Of a DNA stretch of 64,000 nucleotides, positions 10,001 to 20,849 are shown one piece after another. The number at the start of each line of letters is the position of its first letter. The stretch's first letter is position 1. Origin of the DNA: Candidatus Limnocylindrales bacterium (GTDB lineage: Bacteria > Chloroflexota > Limnocylindria > Limnocylindrales > CSP1-4); the NCBI GenBank assembly GCA_049521175.1, contig JBEKPB010000001.1, positions 92,440 to 156,439 of the forward strand, in the 5' to 3' direction. Under the pieces are notes generated by a model, which was not told where the DNA came from, searched no databases, and saw only the letters and a program-made list of their open reading frames with translations. Made by a program: the position numbers and the translations under genes.

Positions 10001-12268
10001 TCAGTGGCGGAAGTGGCGAACGCCCGTGATCAGCATCGAGGCGCCGGCCTTCTCCGCAACCTCCAGAACCTCCGCGTCGCGCACAGAACCGCCGGGCTGC
10101 GCGAAGGCAGTCACGCCCGCATCGAGGCAAACCTGGACCGCGTCCGGGAACGGATAGAACGCGTCCGAGCCGCAGGCGGCCCCACGCAGGGCCTCGGCCC
10201 CGTGGAACGCGATCGCCTTGGCGACGGCCTGGCGCGCGGCGTCGACACGGCTCGTCTGGCCCGATCCCAGGCCGATCTCCATCCCGTCCTTGACCAGCAC
10301 GATCGCATTAGAGACCACGCCGCGGCAGAGCCGCCAGGCCAGGTCGAGGTCGCGCATCTCGCCCTCGGAGGGGGTGCGGGAGGTGGCCAGCCTCCACCTC
10401 GCCGGGTCGTCGGGGAGGACGTCCGGAGCAGTGACGAGCACGCCCCCGCCGGCTACCCGAATCGAGCCGAGCGGATCCGGTGCTGGCGCCGCCTCGCTCG
10501 ACCCGAGGACCGGATCCTCGAGTAGCCGCAGGTTGGTTCGGCGGGCAAGAATCGCGAGCGCCTCCGGCGAATACGACGGAGCCACGATCACTTCGAGGAA
10601 TATCGTGGCGAGCCCCGCGGCGGTGGCGGCATCGACCTCGCGTGTCAGTGCCACCACGCCACCGTACGCGGAGACTGGATCTCCGGCCAGCGCCGCCAGC
10701 CACGCTTCGGCGAGGGTCGCGCGCTCCGCGGCGCCGCATGGGTTCGTGTGCTTCACGACGACACAGGCCGGGCCACGCAGCCCACGGGCTATCGCGTCGG
10801 CGCCCGAGGCGTCCAGAACGTTGTTGTAGCTCAGGGCCTTGCCTTGAAGGATGGAGCCGCCCAGCGCGAACGGCCCGGCCCACCTGCCGGTCCCGGGTCG
10901 CCGGTACCGCGCCGCCTGCTGGTGGGGGTTCTCGCCGTAGCGGAGCGTCTCCACTTTCTCCAGGCCAACGACCAGGGTCGGCGGATACGGGTCGGCCGAG
11001 CCGGGCAGACCGGGCTCGTCCGGCAGGTCGACGCCAGCAGCGGCCATCCGGCCGGGCAGCTCGGCGGCGATCCGGGCGTCATATGCGCCGGTATGCCGAA
11101 AGGCTTCGACCGCCAGGGCCGAACGCAGGCCCTCCCCCACCCGACCGTTCATCTCCAGCTCCTGGAGCACGGCCGCATATCGATCCGGCGAGGTGACGAC
11201 GGCGACCGAGGCGTGGTTCTTCGCCGCCGCGCGGACCATTGACGGCCCGCCGATGTCGATCTCCTCGACCAGGTCGCCGAACGAGATACCCGGCTTCTCA
11301 GCCGCAGCAGCAAACGGATACAGGTTGACCACCACCAGGTCGAATGGATCGATCGCCGCGGCGGCCAGCTCCTCGCGATGCGAGGCCAGCCGGCGGTCGG
11401 CCAGGATCCCGCCGTGGATACGCGGGTGGAGCGTCTTGACGCGCCCGTCGAGCATCTCCGGGAACCCCGTGACCGCGGCGACGTCGGTGACGGGCAGACC
11501 GGCGCCGCGTAACGCCCGCGCCGTTCCTCCGGTGGAAACCAGCTCGAAGCCCAGGCGAGCCAGCCCCGCCCCGAACTCGGCCAGCCCGGTCTTGTCGGAG
11601 ACCGAAAGCAGGGCTCGCTTCGGCACGGGCAGCGTCTCGGCCGCTCGGGCGGCGTCGATGCGAACGGTTCGGCCGTCCGGTTCGATCGTCAGGACGCCCG
11701 CCAGGGCCAGGCCGACGGCGCGCGGCAGCAGCCGATGCTCGACCGCGTGGATCCGCTCGAACAGTGCCGCTTCCGTGTCGCCCGCCAGAACTGGGACCGC
11801 GTCCTGTGTCACGATCGGGCCGCCGTCGAGAGAGGCATCGACGAAGTGGACGGTCACGCCGGTGACCTTCACGCCAGCGGCAAGCGCGTCGCGGACGGCG
11901 TGAGCGCCGGGAAAGGCAGGCAGGAGCGCCGGGTGAAGATTGAGCAGCTTGCCACGGAACGCCGCGAGCATGGCCGGCCCGACGATCCGCATATAGCCCG
12001 CCAGCACCACGAGATCCGGCGCGACCGCCGAGACCGACTCGGCGAGGATCCGGTCCTCATCGGCTCTGGCCGCCTCGTCGCCGTGTGGCGCCGCGGGTAC
12101 CAGCAGCGCCTCGATGCCCTGCTCGACCGCCCAATCTAGGGCTTCACACGGGCGGTCGGCGAAGACGAGTGCAATTTCGGCATCGAGCGCGCCACGCCAC
12201 GCCGCCGCGTGCAGAGCGCGCAGATTGCTGCCGGTTCCAGAGACCCCTACCGCGATCCGATGCGCCAC
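10001..12268 (-). CDS. purNH: In-frame fusion of phosphoribosylglycinamide formyltransferase (PurN) with bifunctional AICAR transformylase/IMP cyclohydrolase (PurH).
   Basis: The first roughly 215 aa are PurN-like (MAHRIAVGVSGTGSNLRAL...NLHPALLPAFPG). They continue without a stop into PurH (KRALLSVSDKTGL...KTLHPRIHGGILA...VRHFRH). The total of 755 aa equals PurN plus PurH. Confidence 0.85.
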   Translation of the reverse strand: MAHRIAVGVSGTGSNLRALHAAAWRGALDAEIALVFADRPCEALDWAVEQGIEALLVPAAPHGDEAARADEDRILAESVSAVAPDLVVLAGYMRIVGPAMLAAFRGKLLNLHPALLPAFPGAHAVRDALAAGVKVTGVTVHFVDASLDGGPIVTQDAVPVLAGDTEAALFERIHAVEHRLLPRAVGLALAGVLTIEPDGRTVRIDAARAAETLPVPKRALLSVSDKTGLAEFGAGLARLGFELVSTGGTARALRGAGLPVTDVAAVTGFPEMLDGRVKTLHPRIHGGILADRRLASHREELAAAAIDPFDLVVVNLYPFAAAAEKPGISFGDLVEEIDIGGPSMVRAAAKNHASVAVVTSPDRYAAVLQELEMNGRVGEGLRSALAVEAFRHTGAYDARIAAELPGRMAAAGVDLPDEPGLPGSADPYPPTLVVGLEKVETLRYGENPHQQAARYRRPGTGRWAGPFALGGSILQGKALSYNNVLDASGADAIARGLRGPACVVVKHTNPCGAAERATLAEAWLAALAGDPVSAYGGVVALTREVDAATAAGLATIFLEVIVAPSYSPEALAILARRTNLRLLEDPVLGSSEAAPAPDPLGSIRVAGGGVLVTAPDVLPDDPARWRLATSRTPSEGEMRDLDLAWRLCRGVVSNAIVLVKDGMEIGLGSGQTSRVDAARQAVAKAIAFHGAEALRGAACGSDAFYPFPDAVQVCLDAGVTAFAQPGGSVRDAEVLEVAEKAGASMLITGVRHFRH

Positions 12269-12313
12269 GCCGTTCCTCCTCCGTGTGGTACCGTCCGGCG
12301 CCGACGGGCGCCC

Positions 12314-13579
12314 TCAACCTGCCCTGGTCCCCCAGGATTCCATGTAGCGTGCCCCGGGCGAGTCGACCGCCACGACGTCGCCGATGTGCCAGGCGGGGAG
12401 GCCGTCGCTCTCGAGGCTCGCGATCGCCATCGCCGCCGCCCCGGCCGGCACGACGCAGGCCATCCCGACCCCGCCGTTGAAGGTCGACCGCAGCTCGGCG
12501 TGGGAAAGACCGCCCAGCGCACCGATGAGCGGCATGATCGACGGCATCGGCCAGCGGGCCGGATGAACCCGCGCACCAAGCCCATCGGGCAGAGCACGCG
12601 GCAGATTTCCGGGCAGCCCGCCGCCGGTAATGTGGGCCACCCCGTTGAGCGCGTAGCCCTCCTCGTCAAGCCGTGCTCGCAGTCGCACGATGGCGCCGGA
12701 GTAGATCCTCGTGGGGGTGAGAAGCACCTCGCCCAGGCTCAGCGGCCGCGTTTCTGGCTCGGGGGCCGTGGCCGGGCCGAGTATCCGGCCGACGAGCTCG
12801 GCGTAACCCTCGTCCAGCGGTACCTCTGCGTCCGCGAGAATCCGCCGGACCAATGAGAAGCCGTTGCTGTGCAGCCCCGACGAAGCTATGCCGATAAGCG
12901 CGTCACCTGATCGTGCCGCCGTTCCATCGATGAGCCGATCGCGTTCGGCGACGCCGACGCAGAAGCCGGCCATGTCGAACTCGTCCGGCTCCATCAACCC
13001 GGGATGCTCGGCCGTCTCGCCGCCTATCAGCGAACAGCCGGCCAGGCGGCAGCCGTCGGCGATCGAGGCCACCATCGCCGCCACTCGCTCGGGGTACAGG
13101 CGACCGACGGCGATGTAGTCGAGGAAGAAGAGAGGTTCGGCGCCGGCGCAGACCAGGTCGTCGGCGCACATCGCCACCAGGTCGTGGCCCACGGTGTCGT
13201 ACCGGCCGAGAGCCATCGCGATCGCAGTCTTCGTGCCGACGCCATCGGTGGAGCTGACCAGGACCGGCTCGCGCATGCCCGCAGGCAGGGCCATCGCAGA
13301 AGCGAAGCCGCCCAGGCCGCCGATCACCTCGGGGCGGCGCGTGGCAGCGACCGAGGCTCTCATCAACTCGACCGCCCGCTCGCCGGCTTCGATGTCGACG
13401 CCCGCGCGGCGGTAGGCGTCCCAGGCCCCACCCCTCTTTGCGCCCGGGCTCGCAACTGGGGCGGCGGGGGTGCCACGCGCGTCGGACGTGCTGCGCGCGT
13501 CTCGCGTGCCGCCTCCCCCGGGCCTATCGCGCGCGTCGCGGGTGCCGCCTGTCCCGGACGGGCCGCCGAGGTCACTCAT
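12314..13579 (-). CDS. purM: Phosphoribosylformylglycinamidine cyclo-ligase (AIR synthetase).
   Basis: The protein contains AGVDIEAGERAVELM, GGLGGF and GVAHITGGGL. The first roughly 60 aa (GGTRDARD repeats) are low complexity. The true start is probably an internal GTG. Confidence 0.8.
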   Translation of the reverse strand: MSDLGGPSGTGGTRDARDRPGGGGTRDARSTSDARGTPAAPVASPGAKRGGAWDAYRRAGVDIEAGERAVELMRASVAATRRPEVIGGLGGFASAMALPAGMREPVLVSSTDGVGTKTAIAMALGRYDTVGHDLVAMCADDLVCAGAEPLFFLDYIAVGRLYPERVAAMVASIADGCRLAGCSLIGGETAEHPGLMEPDEFDMAGFCVGVAERDRLIDGTAARSGDALIGIASSGLHSNGFSLVRRILADAEVPLDEGYAELVGRILGPATAPEPETRPLSLGEVLLTPTRIYSGAIVRLRARLDEEGYALNGVAHITGGGLPGNLPRALPDGLGARVHPARWPMPSIMPLIGALGGLSHAELRSTFNGGVGMACVVPAGAAAMAIASLESDGLPAWHIGDVVAVDSPGARYMESWGTRAG

Positions 13580-15047
13580 GGGGGTGGATCGTGGCGATCG
13601 CTTCGGCCTCGCCCTGGGATACCGGCTCGCCTTCCGCGTCCTCCAGGACGAATTTGTGGCGGGCCGTGTCGTACGGGACCGGGACCGGGTAGCGGCCGTC
13701 GAAGCAGGCGAAGCAGAACCGCTCGTACGGCAGATCGAGGGCGGAGAGAACCCCGCCGATCGAGAGGAAGGTCAGCGAGTCGGCGCCAACGAACTCCCGG
13801 ATCTCCTCCACAGAATGCGTCGAGGCGATCAGCTCCGTCTCGATCTGCGTATCGATGCCGTAGAAGCACGGGTGGTGGATCGGCGGCGAGCTGATGCGGA
13901 GGTGAACCTCGGTGGCGCCGGCCTTGCGGAGAAGGGCCACTATCTGGCGGGTGGTGGTGCCGCGGACGATCGAATCGTCGACTACGACGAGTCGCTTGCC
14001 CGCGACGACCTCGCGCAGCGGACTCAGCTTGACGGTGACGCCGCGCTGGCGCATGGCCTGCGAGGGCTGGATGAACGTCCGGCCCGAATATCGGTTGCGG
14101 ACCATCCCTTCCCTGTAGGGCAAACCGGAACCCTCGGCGAAGCCGGCTGCAGCGGGCGCGCCGGTGTCGGGGACGGGCATGACCATGTCGGCCTCGACCG
14201 GCGCCTCGTTGGCAAGGGCGACGCCCATCCGCCGCCGCGCCTCGTAGAGGTTCCGACCGAGCATGTATGAATCGGGCCGGCCGAAATAGATCAGCTCGAA
14301 GACGCAGAGCTGTTCGTGACCTATGGCGAAGCGGACGGATACCGGCTCTTTTCCCTCCTCGAGGATGACGATCTCGCCCGGCTCGATGTCCCGGACGACG
14401 GTTCCGCCGGCGACTTCGATCGCCGCCGATTCGGAGCTGATCACCCACGCACCCGAGTGCTTGCCCTCCGGGTCGTCGGCCGCCGGCTCGATCCGCCCCA
14501 GTACGAGCGGCCGAAAGCCGTACGGGTCGCGAACGCCGATGACGCGCTTCTCGTCGAGTATCGCCAGCGAATAGGCGCCCTGGACCGTCGGCAGGACCCT
14601 CTTGAGCGCCTCGACCGTGTCGCCGGATGGATCGTCCGCCAGGAGAGCTGTGAGGAGCTCTGTGTCGGTCGTGGCCGGCAGCCTCGACTTTCCGCCCTCC
14701 AGCCTCGCCAGCAGCTCGCGCGTGTTCACGAGGTTGCCGTTGTGGCCGATGGCGATCGACTTGCCACGGCCCATACGGAAGGTCGGCTGGGCATTCTCCC
14801 AGATCGTGGACCCCGTGGTGGAATAGCGGCAGTGGGCGATGGCGAGCGACCCGCGCAGACTCGGCAGGCGCCGTTCGTCGAGGACCTGAGCGACAAGGCC
14901 GAGGTCCTTGTAGAGCATCAGCTGCTCGCCGTCGCTGACCGCGATGCCGGCCGACTCCTGGCCGCGGTGCTGGAGTGAGAAGACGCCCAGTGCGGTCAGT
15001 GCCGCGGCATCCGCGCCGGGCGTCACTGCGCCGAAGATGCCGCACAC
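13572..15047 (-). CDS. purF: Amidophosphoribosyltransferase.
   Basis: The GTG start gives MCGIFG, the N-terminal nucleophile Cys. The protein contains the PRPP loop VVVDDSIVRGTT and C-terminal Cys ligands. The GTG lies 2 nt after the purL stop. The 1009-aa track ORF is an artificial extension into the purL region. Confidence 0.9.
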   Translation of the reverse strand: MCGIFGAVTPGADAAALTALGVFSLQHRGQESAGIAVSDGEQLMLYKDLGLVAQVLDERRLPSLRGSLAIAHCRYSTTGSTIWENAQPTFRMGRGKSIAIGHNGNLVNTRELLARLEGGKSRLPATTDTELLTALLADDPSGDTVEALKRVLPTVQGAYSLAILDEKRVIGVRDPYGFRPLVLGRIEPAADDPEGKHSGAWVISSESAAIEVAGGTVVRDIEPGEIVILEEGKEPVSVRFAIGHEQLCVFELIYFGRPDSYMLGRNLYEARRRMGVALANEAPVEADMVMPVPDTGAPAAAGFAEGSGLPYREGMVRNRYSGRTFIQPSQAMRQRGVTVKLSPLREVVAGKRLVVVDDSIVRGTTTRQIVALLRKAGATEVHLRISSPPIHHPCFYGIDTQIETELIASTHSVEEIREFVGADSLTFLSIGGVLSALDLPYERFCFACFDGRYPVPVPYDTARHKFVLEDAEGEPVSQGEAEAIATIHPHE

Positions 15048-15049
15048 GG

Positions 15050-17440
15050 CTAGGCTCGCGAGGCCGACGGAGCCGACTCGCCGGCCTCCGACCCTGGTTC
15101 GTGGCCGGACTCGACCCCGAGGGCGCGAGCCAGGCCGTGATCCCAGATGTGGCGCAGATCCACGAGCGAGACGTCGAGAGCGTCGGCCACGCGAGAGCCA
15201 CGCTCCTCGGCCGCGCCGGTGGCGCCCTGCCCGGTCAACTCGATCCGCAGCCGGTCCCCGCTGACGGTGCCGAGCGTTTCGGCATGGAGCCCGAACTGAC
15301 GGGCAAGGAGCTCGACCGCGGGGGCGTGGCGCGGGCGGCAGGATAGGACCAGCCTCGTCGGACTCTCGCCGAAGAGCTCGATCGCCGGCGATCCGGAGAC
15401 GCCGACGCGCAGCTTCGCACCGAGGCCGCCCCACATGCAGCATTCGGCGATCGCCACCGCCAGACCGCCCCCGGATACGTCCTGGGCCGAGGCGACGAGG
15501 CCGCGCCCGATTGCCTCGCGAATGAAGGATTGAAGGGCGGCCTCGCGTTCGAGATCGAGGCCGGGAGGTGCGTCTTCGGACGAGACGCCGGCCAGCGCCG
15601 CGTAGGCGGAGCCGGCCATGCCCGGGTTGCTCTGCCCGATCAGGACGACGCTGTCGCCTTCGGCTGTGAAGGGGGGCCGGACAAGGAGCGAGATGTCCTC
15701 GATCAGTCCGACGACTCCGATCTCCGGCGTCGGTGAGATCGCCCCGCCCGGATACTCGTTGTAGAGCGAGACGTTTCCGCCGGTGACTGGGACGCCCAGG
15801 GCACGGCAGGCCTCCCCCATTCCCCGAACCGCCTCCTGGAGCTGCCAGAACGCCTCGGGGCGCTCGGGGTTGCCGTAGTTGAGGCAGTTGGTGATGCCCA
15901 GCGGCCGCGCCCCGGTGATGCTGACGTTGCGCGTCGCCTCCGCCACCGCGAGCTGCGCCCCCAGGTGCGGGTCGATGGCGCTGACGGTCTGGTTTCCGTC
16001 GGTCGTGGCCACGAGAGCCTTCCGCGTGCCTTTGACCCGCAGCACGGCGGCTCCGTGGCCGGGCCACTCGACAGTGTTGCTCTGGACGCAGGCGTCGTAC
16101 TGCTCGTAGACCCAGCGGCGGCTCGAGAGGTTGGGGCTGCCGAGCAAGGCGACCAGGACGGCGGCCGGGTCCATGCCCCGCTCCGGAAGACCATCCTGAG
16201 CAGACAACGGGATGCCGGGGGCGGGTGCCTGGCGGCGTCGGGCCGGCGGGGTGGCCAGCCGGTAGTGGACGATGGCCTCGCTGGTGAGGGCCTTGGCCGG
16301 CACTCTTGCGATCTCCATCGCGCCCGGGTTCGGACCGCCGTCCGACCCAATGCCGCCCTCGATCACGGAGATGTCTCCGTCGGCAGTGACGCGCCCGACA
16401 AGGGCTATGGGAATCCCCCAGCGTTCGCAGACTTCGCGCACAGCCGGGTAGTTCTCCGGACGGCACGTGGCGAGCATGCGTTCCTGGGATTCGGAGATCA
16501 TCACTTCCCAGGGCGCCATTCCGGGTTCGCGCCGGGGTACCGCGTCGAGATCGAGGAGGATGCCCGTGCCGGCCTTGTCGGCCGATTCGGAGGTGGCGCA
16601 TGTTATGCCGGCAGCACCTAGGTCCTGGATTCCCTCGACAAGACGCCGGTCGATCAGCTCGAGGCTGGCCTCGATCAGCAGCTTCTCGGCGAACGGGTCG
16701 CCCACCTGGACGGCGGGCCGCTTCGACGGATCCTGGTCCTGGAAGGTCGCCGAGGCCAGAACGCTCGCCCCGCCGATGCCGTCACGCCCGGTCGTGGAGC
16801 CGAACAGGACCACGTAGTTGCCCGGACCCGGCGCCTCGGCCAGGATCAGCATCCGCTCCTCCAACAGCCCGATCGCCATGACGTTCACGAGCGGGTTGCC
16901 CTGGTACGTCGGGTCGAAGACGAGCTCGCCGCCGACGGTCGGGACGCCGACGCAGTTGCCGTAGCCGCCCACGCCGCGCACGATGCCGTCGACCAGATGG
17001 CGGGTCCGCGGATCCGTCGGATCGCCGAAGCGGAGCGCGTCGAGGACGGCGATCGGCCGCGCGCCCATCGTGAAGATGTCGCGGAGGATGCCGCCGACGC
17101 CGGTCGCGGCGCCCTGGTACGGCTCGACCGCGGACGGGTGGTTGTGGCTCTCGATCTTGAAGGCCACCGCCAGCCCGTCGCCGATGCGGACCACGCCGGC
17201 ATTGTCCCCTACCCCGGCAATCAGCCCACTGCCCCGGGTCGGGAGCGTCTTGATGAGCGGCTTGGAGCTCTTGTAGGAGCAGTGCTCGCTCCACATCACG
17301 CTGAACATGGCCAGCTCGGTGTGGTTCGGGTCGCGGCCGAGCTTCTGCCGGACGACGTCCAGTTCCCCGTCCGTGAGGCCGAGCTGGCGGTGCAGCGGCT
17401 CCGCCGCGGCCATGGGCGGAGTCGTCGTGGCGTCGCTCAT
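15050..17440 (-). CDS. purL: FGAM synthase II (large subunit).
   Basis: The protein contains [16 protein letters not shown] and [21 protein letters not shown]. The start at M70 of the track ORF gives an ATGA overlap with the purQ stop. Confidence 0.9.
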   Translation of the reverse strand: MSDATTTPPMAAAEPLHRQLGLTDGELDVVRQKLGRDPNHTELAMFSVMWSEHCSYKSSKPLIKTLPTRGSGLIAGVGDNAGVVRIGDGLAVAFKIESHNHPSAVEPYQGAATGVGGILRDIFTMGARPIAVLDALRFGDPTDPRTRHLVDGIVRGVGGYGNCVGVPTVGGELVFDPTYQGNPLVNVMAIGLLEERMLILAEAPGPGNYVVLFGSTTGRDGIGGASVLASATFQDQDPSKRPAVQVGDPFAEKLLIEASLELIDRRLVEGIQDLGAAGITCATSESADKAGTGILLDLDAVPRREPGMAPWEVMISESQERMLATCRPENYPAVREVCERWGIPIALVGRVTADGDISVIEGGIGSDGGPNPGAMEIARVPAKALTSEAIVHYRLATPPARRRQAPAPGIPLSAQDGLPERGMDPAAVLVALLGSPNLSSRRWVYEQYDACVQSNTVEWPGHGAAVLRVKGTRKALVATTDGNQTVSAIDPHLGAQLAVAEATRNVSITGARPLGITNCLNYGNPERPEAFWQLQEAVRGMGEACRALGVPVTGGNVSLYNEYPGGAISPTPEIGVVGLIEDISLLVRPPFTAEGDSVVLIGQSNPGMAGSAYAALAGVSSEDAPPGLDLEREAALQSFIREAIGRGLVASAQDVSGGGLAVAIAECCMWGGLGAKLRVGVSGSPAIELFGESPTRLVLSCRPRHAPAVELLARQFGLHAETLGTVSGDRLRIELTGQGATGAAEERGSRVADALDVSLVDLRHIWDHGLARALGVESGHEPGSEAGESAPSASRA

Positions 17441-18222
17441 CGCCCTGCCTCCACGGCCGCAGGGGCCGTCCCGGCCGTGGTTCCAGCGGCGGCCGCGGCG
17501 GGCGCCGGCCTCCCGGCCGCCTCCCAGTCCCGCGCACTCTCGACCAGCGATCGGATCAGCTGCAGCCCCTCGTCGGTGCCGAGAACCGCCTCCGACATGC
17601 GCTCGGGATGCGGCATCAGGCCGGCGACGTTGCCGGCGGAGTTGCAAACGCCCGCGATTGCCCGCAGCGAGCCGTTAGGGTTGGCCGGGTCGTCCGGGTC
17701 GAGTGCCGGCGTTCCGTCCTCGTGGACGTACCGGAACAGCACCTGGCCGTCTCGCTCGAGACCGTCCAGCGTCGACTCGTCGGCGTAGTAGCAGCCCTCG
17801 CCGTGGGCGATCGGGATGTGGATCGGGGCGCCGGTCGCGGCTCGCGTGAACGGCGAATCCAGCCGTTCCGGCCGGATGGCCACAATCTTCGACGCAAAAC
17901 GCAGCGAGCGATTGCGGAGCAATGCGCCCGGGACGAGCCCGGACTCGGCCAGGACCTGGAAACCGTTGCAGATCCCCAGGACGTACCCGCCCGAAGCCGC
18001 GAATTCCTTCACGCCGCGCATCACCGGAGAGAAGCGGGCGATGACTCCGGCCCGGATGTAATCGCCGTAGGCGAAGCCGCCGGGCAGGATGACCGCTGAG
18101 ACGCCGGACAGGTCGGGCGACTCATGCCAGAGCGTGACAGGCTCGACGCCGGCGACCGCCAGCGCGTTGAGCGAGTCGACGTCCGAGTTCGACCCCGGGA
18201 ATGTGACGACGCCGACCTTCAC
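17437..18222 (-). CDS. purQ: FGAM synthase I (glutaminase subunit).
   Basis: The N-terminus is [16 protein letters not shown]. The protein contains GICNGFQVL (catalytic Cys) and a PHPER motif. Confidence 0.9.
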   Translation of the reverse strand: MKVGVVTFPGSNSDVDSLNALAVAGVEPVTLWHESPDLSGVSAVILPGGFAYGDYIRAGVIARFSPVMRGVKEFAASGGYVLGICNGFQVLAESGLVPGALLRNRSLRFASKIVAIRPERLDSPFTRAATGAPIHIPIAHGEGCYYADESTLDGLERDGQVLFRYVHEDGTPALDPDDPANPNGSLRAIAGVCNSAGNVAGLMPHPERMSEAVLGTDEGLQLIRSLVESARDWEAAGRPAPAAAAAGTTAGTAPAAVEAGR

Positions 18223-18509
18223 AGCGCCGGCACCTTCGACGAGACCGTGGACGATGTCCCTTCGAGCAACTCGATCGCGTAGACCTCTATGAGCGGATTG
18301 CTCAGAAGCTCCTTGGAGAGGCCGTCGACGACGGCACGGGCCTCGGGCTCTGAACCTGCCGTGACGGTCAGCTCGGCCCTGCGCCCGATGCGGACCTTCG
18401 AGACGTTGCTCACGTTGAGATGGGGCAGGCTCAGCTCAACCGCCCGTCCCTGCGGATCGAGGATGCCCGGCTTGGGCAGCACGTTGACGGCATACCGGAA
18501 CTCGCTCAT
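18219..18509 (-). CDS. purS: FGAM synthase PurS subunit.
   Basis: MSEFRYAVNVLPKPGILDPQGRAV is a PurS fold signature. The gene is about 96 aa with a 15-aa C-terminal tail that overlaps the purQ start. Confidence 0.8.
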   Translation of the reverse strand: MSEFRYAVNVLPKPGILDPQGRAVELSLPHLNVSNVSKVRIGRRAELTVTAGSEPEARAVVDGLSKELLSNPLIEVYAIELLEGTSSTVSSKVPAL

Positions 18510-19528
18510 CGGGCGACCACATCCTCCTTCAGGTAGCGATCGAAGCTGGCTCCGGTGATCCGCTCGAACGCCTCCACATATCGCTTCCGGGTCCCGGCCA
18601 CGATCTCGGCCGGGAGCTCCGGGCCCGGATACGTCTTTCCCCACGACTGGGTCTCGAGCCAGTCGCGAACGAACTGTTTGTCGAAGCTGGCCTGGGCTCG
18701 TCCCGGCTCGTAGTCCGATGCATCCCAGAACCGGCTCGAGTCCGGCGTGAGAATCTCATCGATCAGCATCAGCTCGCCGTTGTCGACGGCCGTCCCCAGC
18801 TCGAACTTCGTGTCCGCGAGCAGGATGCCGGCCTCTTCCGCGATCTGGGCGCCGCGGCGGTACAGCCGCAGAGCGACGTCTCGGACCATCTCAGCCATCT
18901 CGCCGCCCACGAGATCGGCCATGGCGTCGAAGTCGATATTCTCGTCGTGCCCGACCTCGGCCTTGGTCGACGGGGTGAAGATGGGCTCCGGGAGCCGGTC
19001 CGACTCGCGCAGTCCCTCGGGCAGATCGATGCCGCAGATGGCTCCGGTTTGGCGGTAGTCCTTCCAGCCGGACCCGGCGACGTAGCCGCGGACGATGACC
19101 TCCACAGGCAGCACCTTGGCGCGACGGCAGAGCATCATCCGCCCCCGCAGCTCGGCCCGTCCGGCCTCGTCTGCGAAATCTGCCGGTAGCCTGGCCGGAT
19201 CGGTGGCGAGCAGATGGTTGGTGATGACGTCCGCGGTTCGGCCGAACCAGAAACGCGACAACCCGGTTAGAACGCGACCCTTGTCCTGGATCGGCGTCGG
19301 CAGCACGACGTCGAACGCAGAAAGCCGATCGCTGGCCACGAGCAGCAGCCGATCGCCGACCTCGAAGAGGTCGCGCACCTTGCCCGACCGAACGAAACCA
19401 TCCGCGTGGCGACTCGAACCTGTGGCTCTGGGATCGCCGGGGAGTCGCGTGTGCTCGTCGACGCCTTGGGCTGCGCTCGGCGGAGCGGCGACTCGCATGT
19501 CGGTGCCAGTCGGATCAGCGGGCGACAT
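18506..19528 (-). CDS. purC: SAICAR synthetase.
   Basis: The protein contains GKVRDLFEV and LVASDRLSAFDVVL. The ATG at 19528 has AGGAGG 6 nt upstream and overlaps the purB stop. Confidence 0.85.
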   Translation of the reverse strand: MSPADPTGTDMRVAAPPSAAQGVDEHTRLPGDPRATGSSRHADGFVRSGKVRDLFEVGDRLLLVASDRLSAFDVVLPTPIQDKGRVLTGLSRFWFGRTADVITNHLLATDPARLPADFADEAGRAELRGRMMLCRRAKVLPVEVIVRGYVAGSGWKDYRQTGAICGIDLPEGLRESDRLPEPIFTPSTKAEVGHDENIDFDAMADLVGGEMAEMVRDVALRLYRRGAQIAEEAGILLADTKFELGTAVDNGELMLIDEILTPDSSRFWDASDYEPGRAQASFDKQFVRDWLETQSWGKTYPGPELPAEIVAGTRKRYVEAFERITGASFDRYLKEDVVAR

Positions 19529-20849
19529 CGGCGGCCTCCTTCCGAGCCGGGACCAGCTCATCGAGTCGGGCAAGAGCGGTAGCTACGTTACGCAGGAAGT
19601 GGCTTTCGTCGAAACAGGCGGCGAGGGCCTCGTCAGATAGCTGGGCGGCCACTTCGGGATCGGCGGCCAGCAGCTCGCGCAGCTGGCGCCGCTCGTCGGC
19701 AGCCCGCAACGAGTTGCGCTGGACGACAGCGTACGCCTCTTCTCGCGCCATGCCCGCCTCTTCGACCAGCGCCAGCAGGACCCGGCTGCTGCAGTGGAGA
19801 CCGAGCCCGCGCTCGATGTTCTCTCGCATCCGCTCCGGCCTGACGACGAGGCGCTCTACCAGACCTCGCGTCTTCACGAGCATGTAGTCGAGCAGGATCG
19901 TGGCGTCGGGAAGCAGCACTCGCTCCGCCGAGGAGTGACTGATGTCACGTTCGTGCCACAGCGGCTGGTTCTCCATGGCCGCGGAGGCGTACCCCCGCAG
20001 GAGACGGGCCATGCCGGCGATCCGCTCGGAGAGAATCGGGTTGCGCTTGTGGGGCATGGCCGAGCTGCCCTTCTGACCGGCCCGGAACGGCTCCATCAGC
20101 TCGCCGATCTCGGTGTGCTGCAGGTTCCGCACCTCCGTTGCGATTCTCTCCAGCGAGCCGCCGGTGATGGCGATCGCGGAGATCAACGCCGCATGGCGGT
20201 CGCGCTGGACGATCTGCGTCGAGATCGGGTCGCGGTGCAGGCCCAGATCCGCCAGCACCTCCTCCTCCAGGTCCGGGTCTAGATGGCTGTACGTGCCGAC
20301 GGGACCGGAAATCTTGCCGGTTCCGGCTTCGTCGACCGCGGCGGCGAGACGTGCCCGGTCGCGCGCGATCTCGAACGCCCAGCTGGCGATCTTCATGCCC
20401 AACGTTGTGGGCTCGGCGTGGACCGAATGGGTTCGACCCATCATCACCGTGTTCGCCTCGGCCCGGGCGCGGACAACCAGCGCCTCGACCAGCGCGTCGA
20501 GATCATCGATGAGGCGGCTTCCCGCAGCCCTAAGCTGGAGTGCGAGTGCGGTGTCGACGACGTCGCTGCTGGTCAGGCCGAGGTGCAGGTAACGGCCGTC
20601 ATCCCCGACCGTTTCGGCAACCTGGCTGACGAAGGCGATCACGTCGTGGTCGGTCGTCTTCTCGATCTCGGCGATGCGATCGACGTCGATCCGAGCGCGA
20701 GACTCGATCGCCCGAAGCGCGTCGAGCGGCACCATGCCCCGCGATACCTCGGCCCGCGCGACCGCGATCTCGACCCGGAGCATGCCTTCGAAGTGGGCCT
20801 GGTCGGTCCAGATCGAGCCCATCTCGGGCAGGGTATAGCGCGGAATCAT
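19515..20849 (-). CDS. purB: Adenylosuccinate lyase.
   Basis: The N-terminus is MIPRYTLPEMGSIW. The protein contains the fumarate-lyase signature GSSAMPHKRNP. There is an ATGA overlap with purD. Confidence 0.9.
   Translation of the reverse strand: MIPRYTLPEMGSIWTDQAHFEGMLRVEIAVARAEVSRGMVPLDALRAIESRARIDVDRIAEIEKTTDHDVIAFVSQVAETVGDDGRYLHLGLTSSDVVDTALALQLRAAGSRLIDDLDALVEALVVRARAEANTVMMGRTHSVHAEPTTLGMKIASWAFEIARDRARLAAAVDEAGTGKISGPVGTYSHLDPDLEEEVLADLGLHRDPISTQIVQRDRHAALISAIAITGGSLERIATEVRNLQHTEIGELMEPFRAGQKGSSAMPHKRNPILSERIAGMARLLRGYASAAMENQPLWHERDISHSSAERVLLPDATILLDYMLVKTRGLVERLVVRPERMRENIERGLGLHCSSRVLLALVEEAGMAREEAYAVVQRNSLRAADERRQLRELLAADPEVAAQLSDEALAACFDESHFLRNVATALARLDELVPARKEAADVAR

Noticed and set aside
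13572-16601. A 1009-aa ORF.
   Set aside because: Only the C-terminal 491 aa (from GTG/MCGIFG at 15047) is PurF. The N-terminal part is an alternative frame running over purL and is Arg/Pro-rich, a high-GC artefact.
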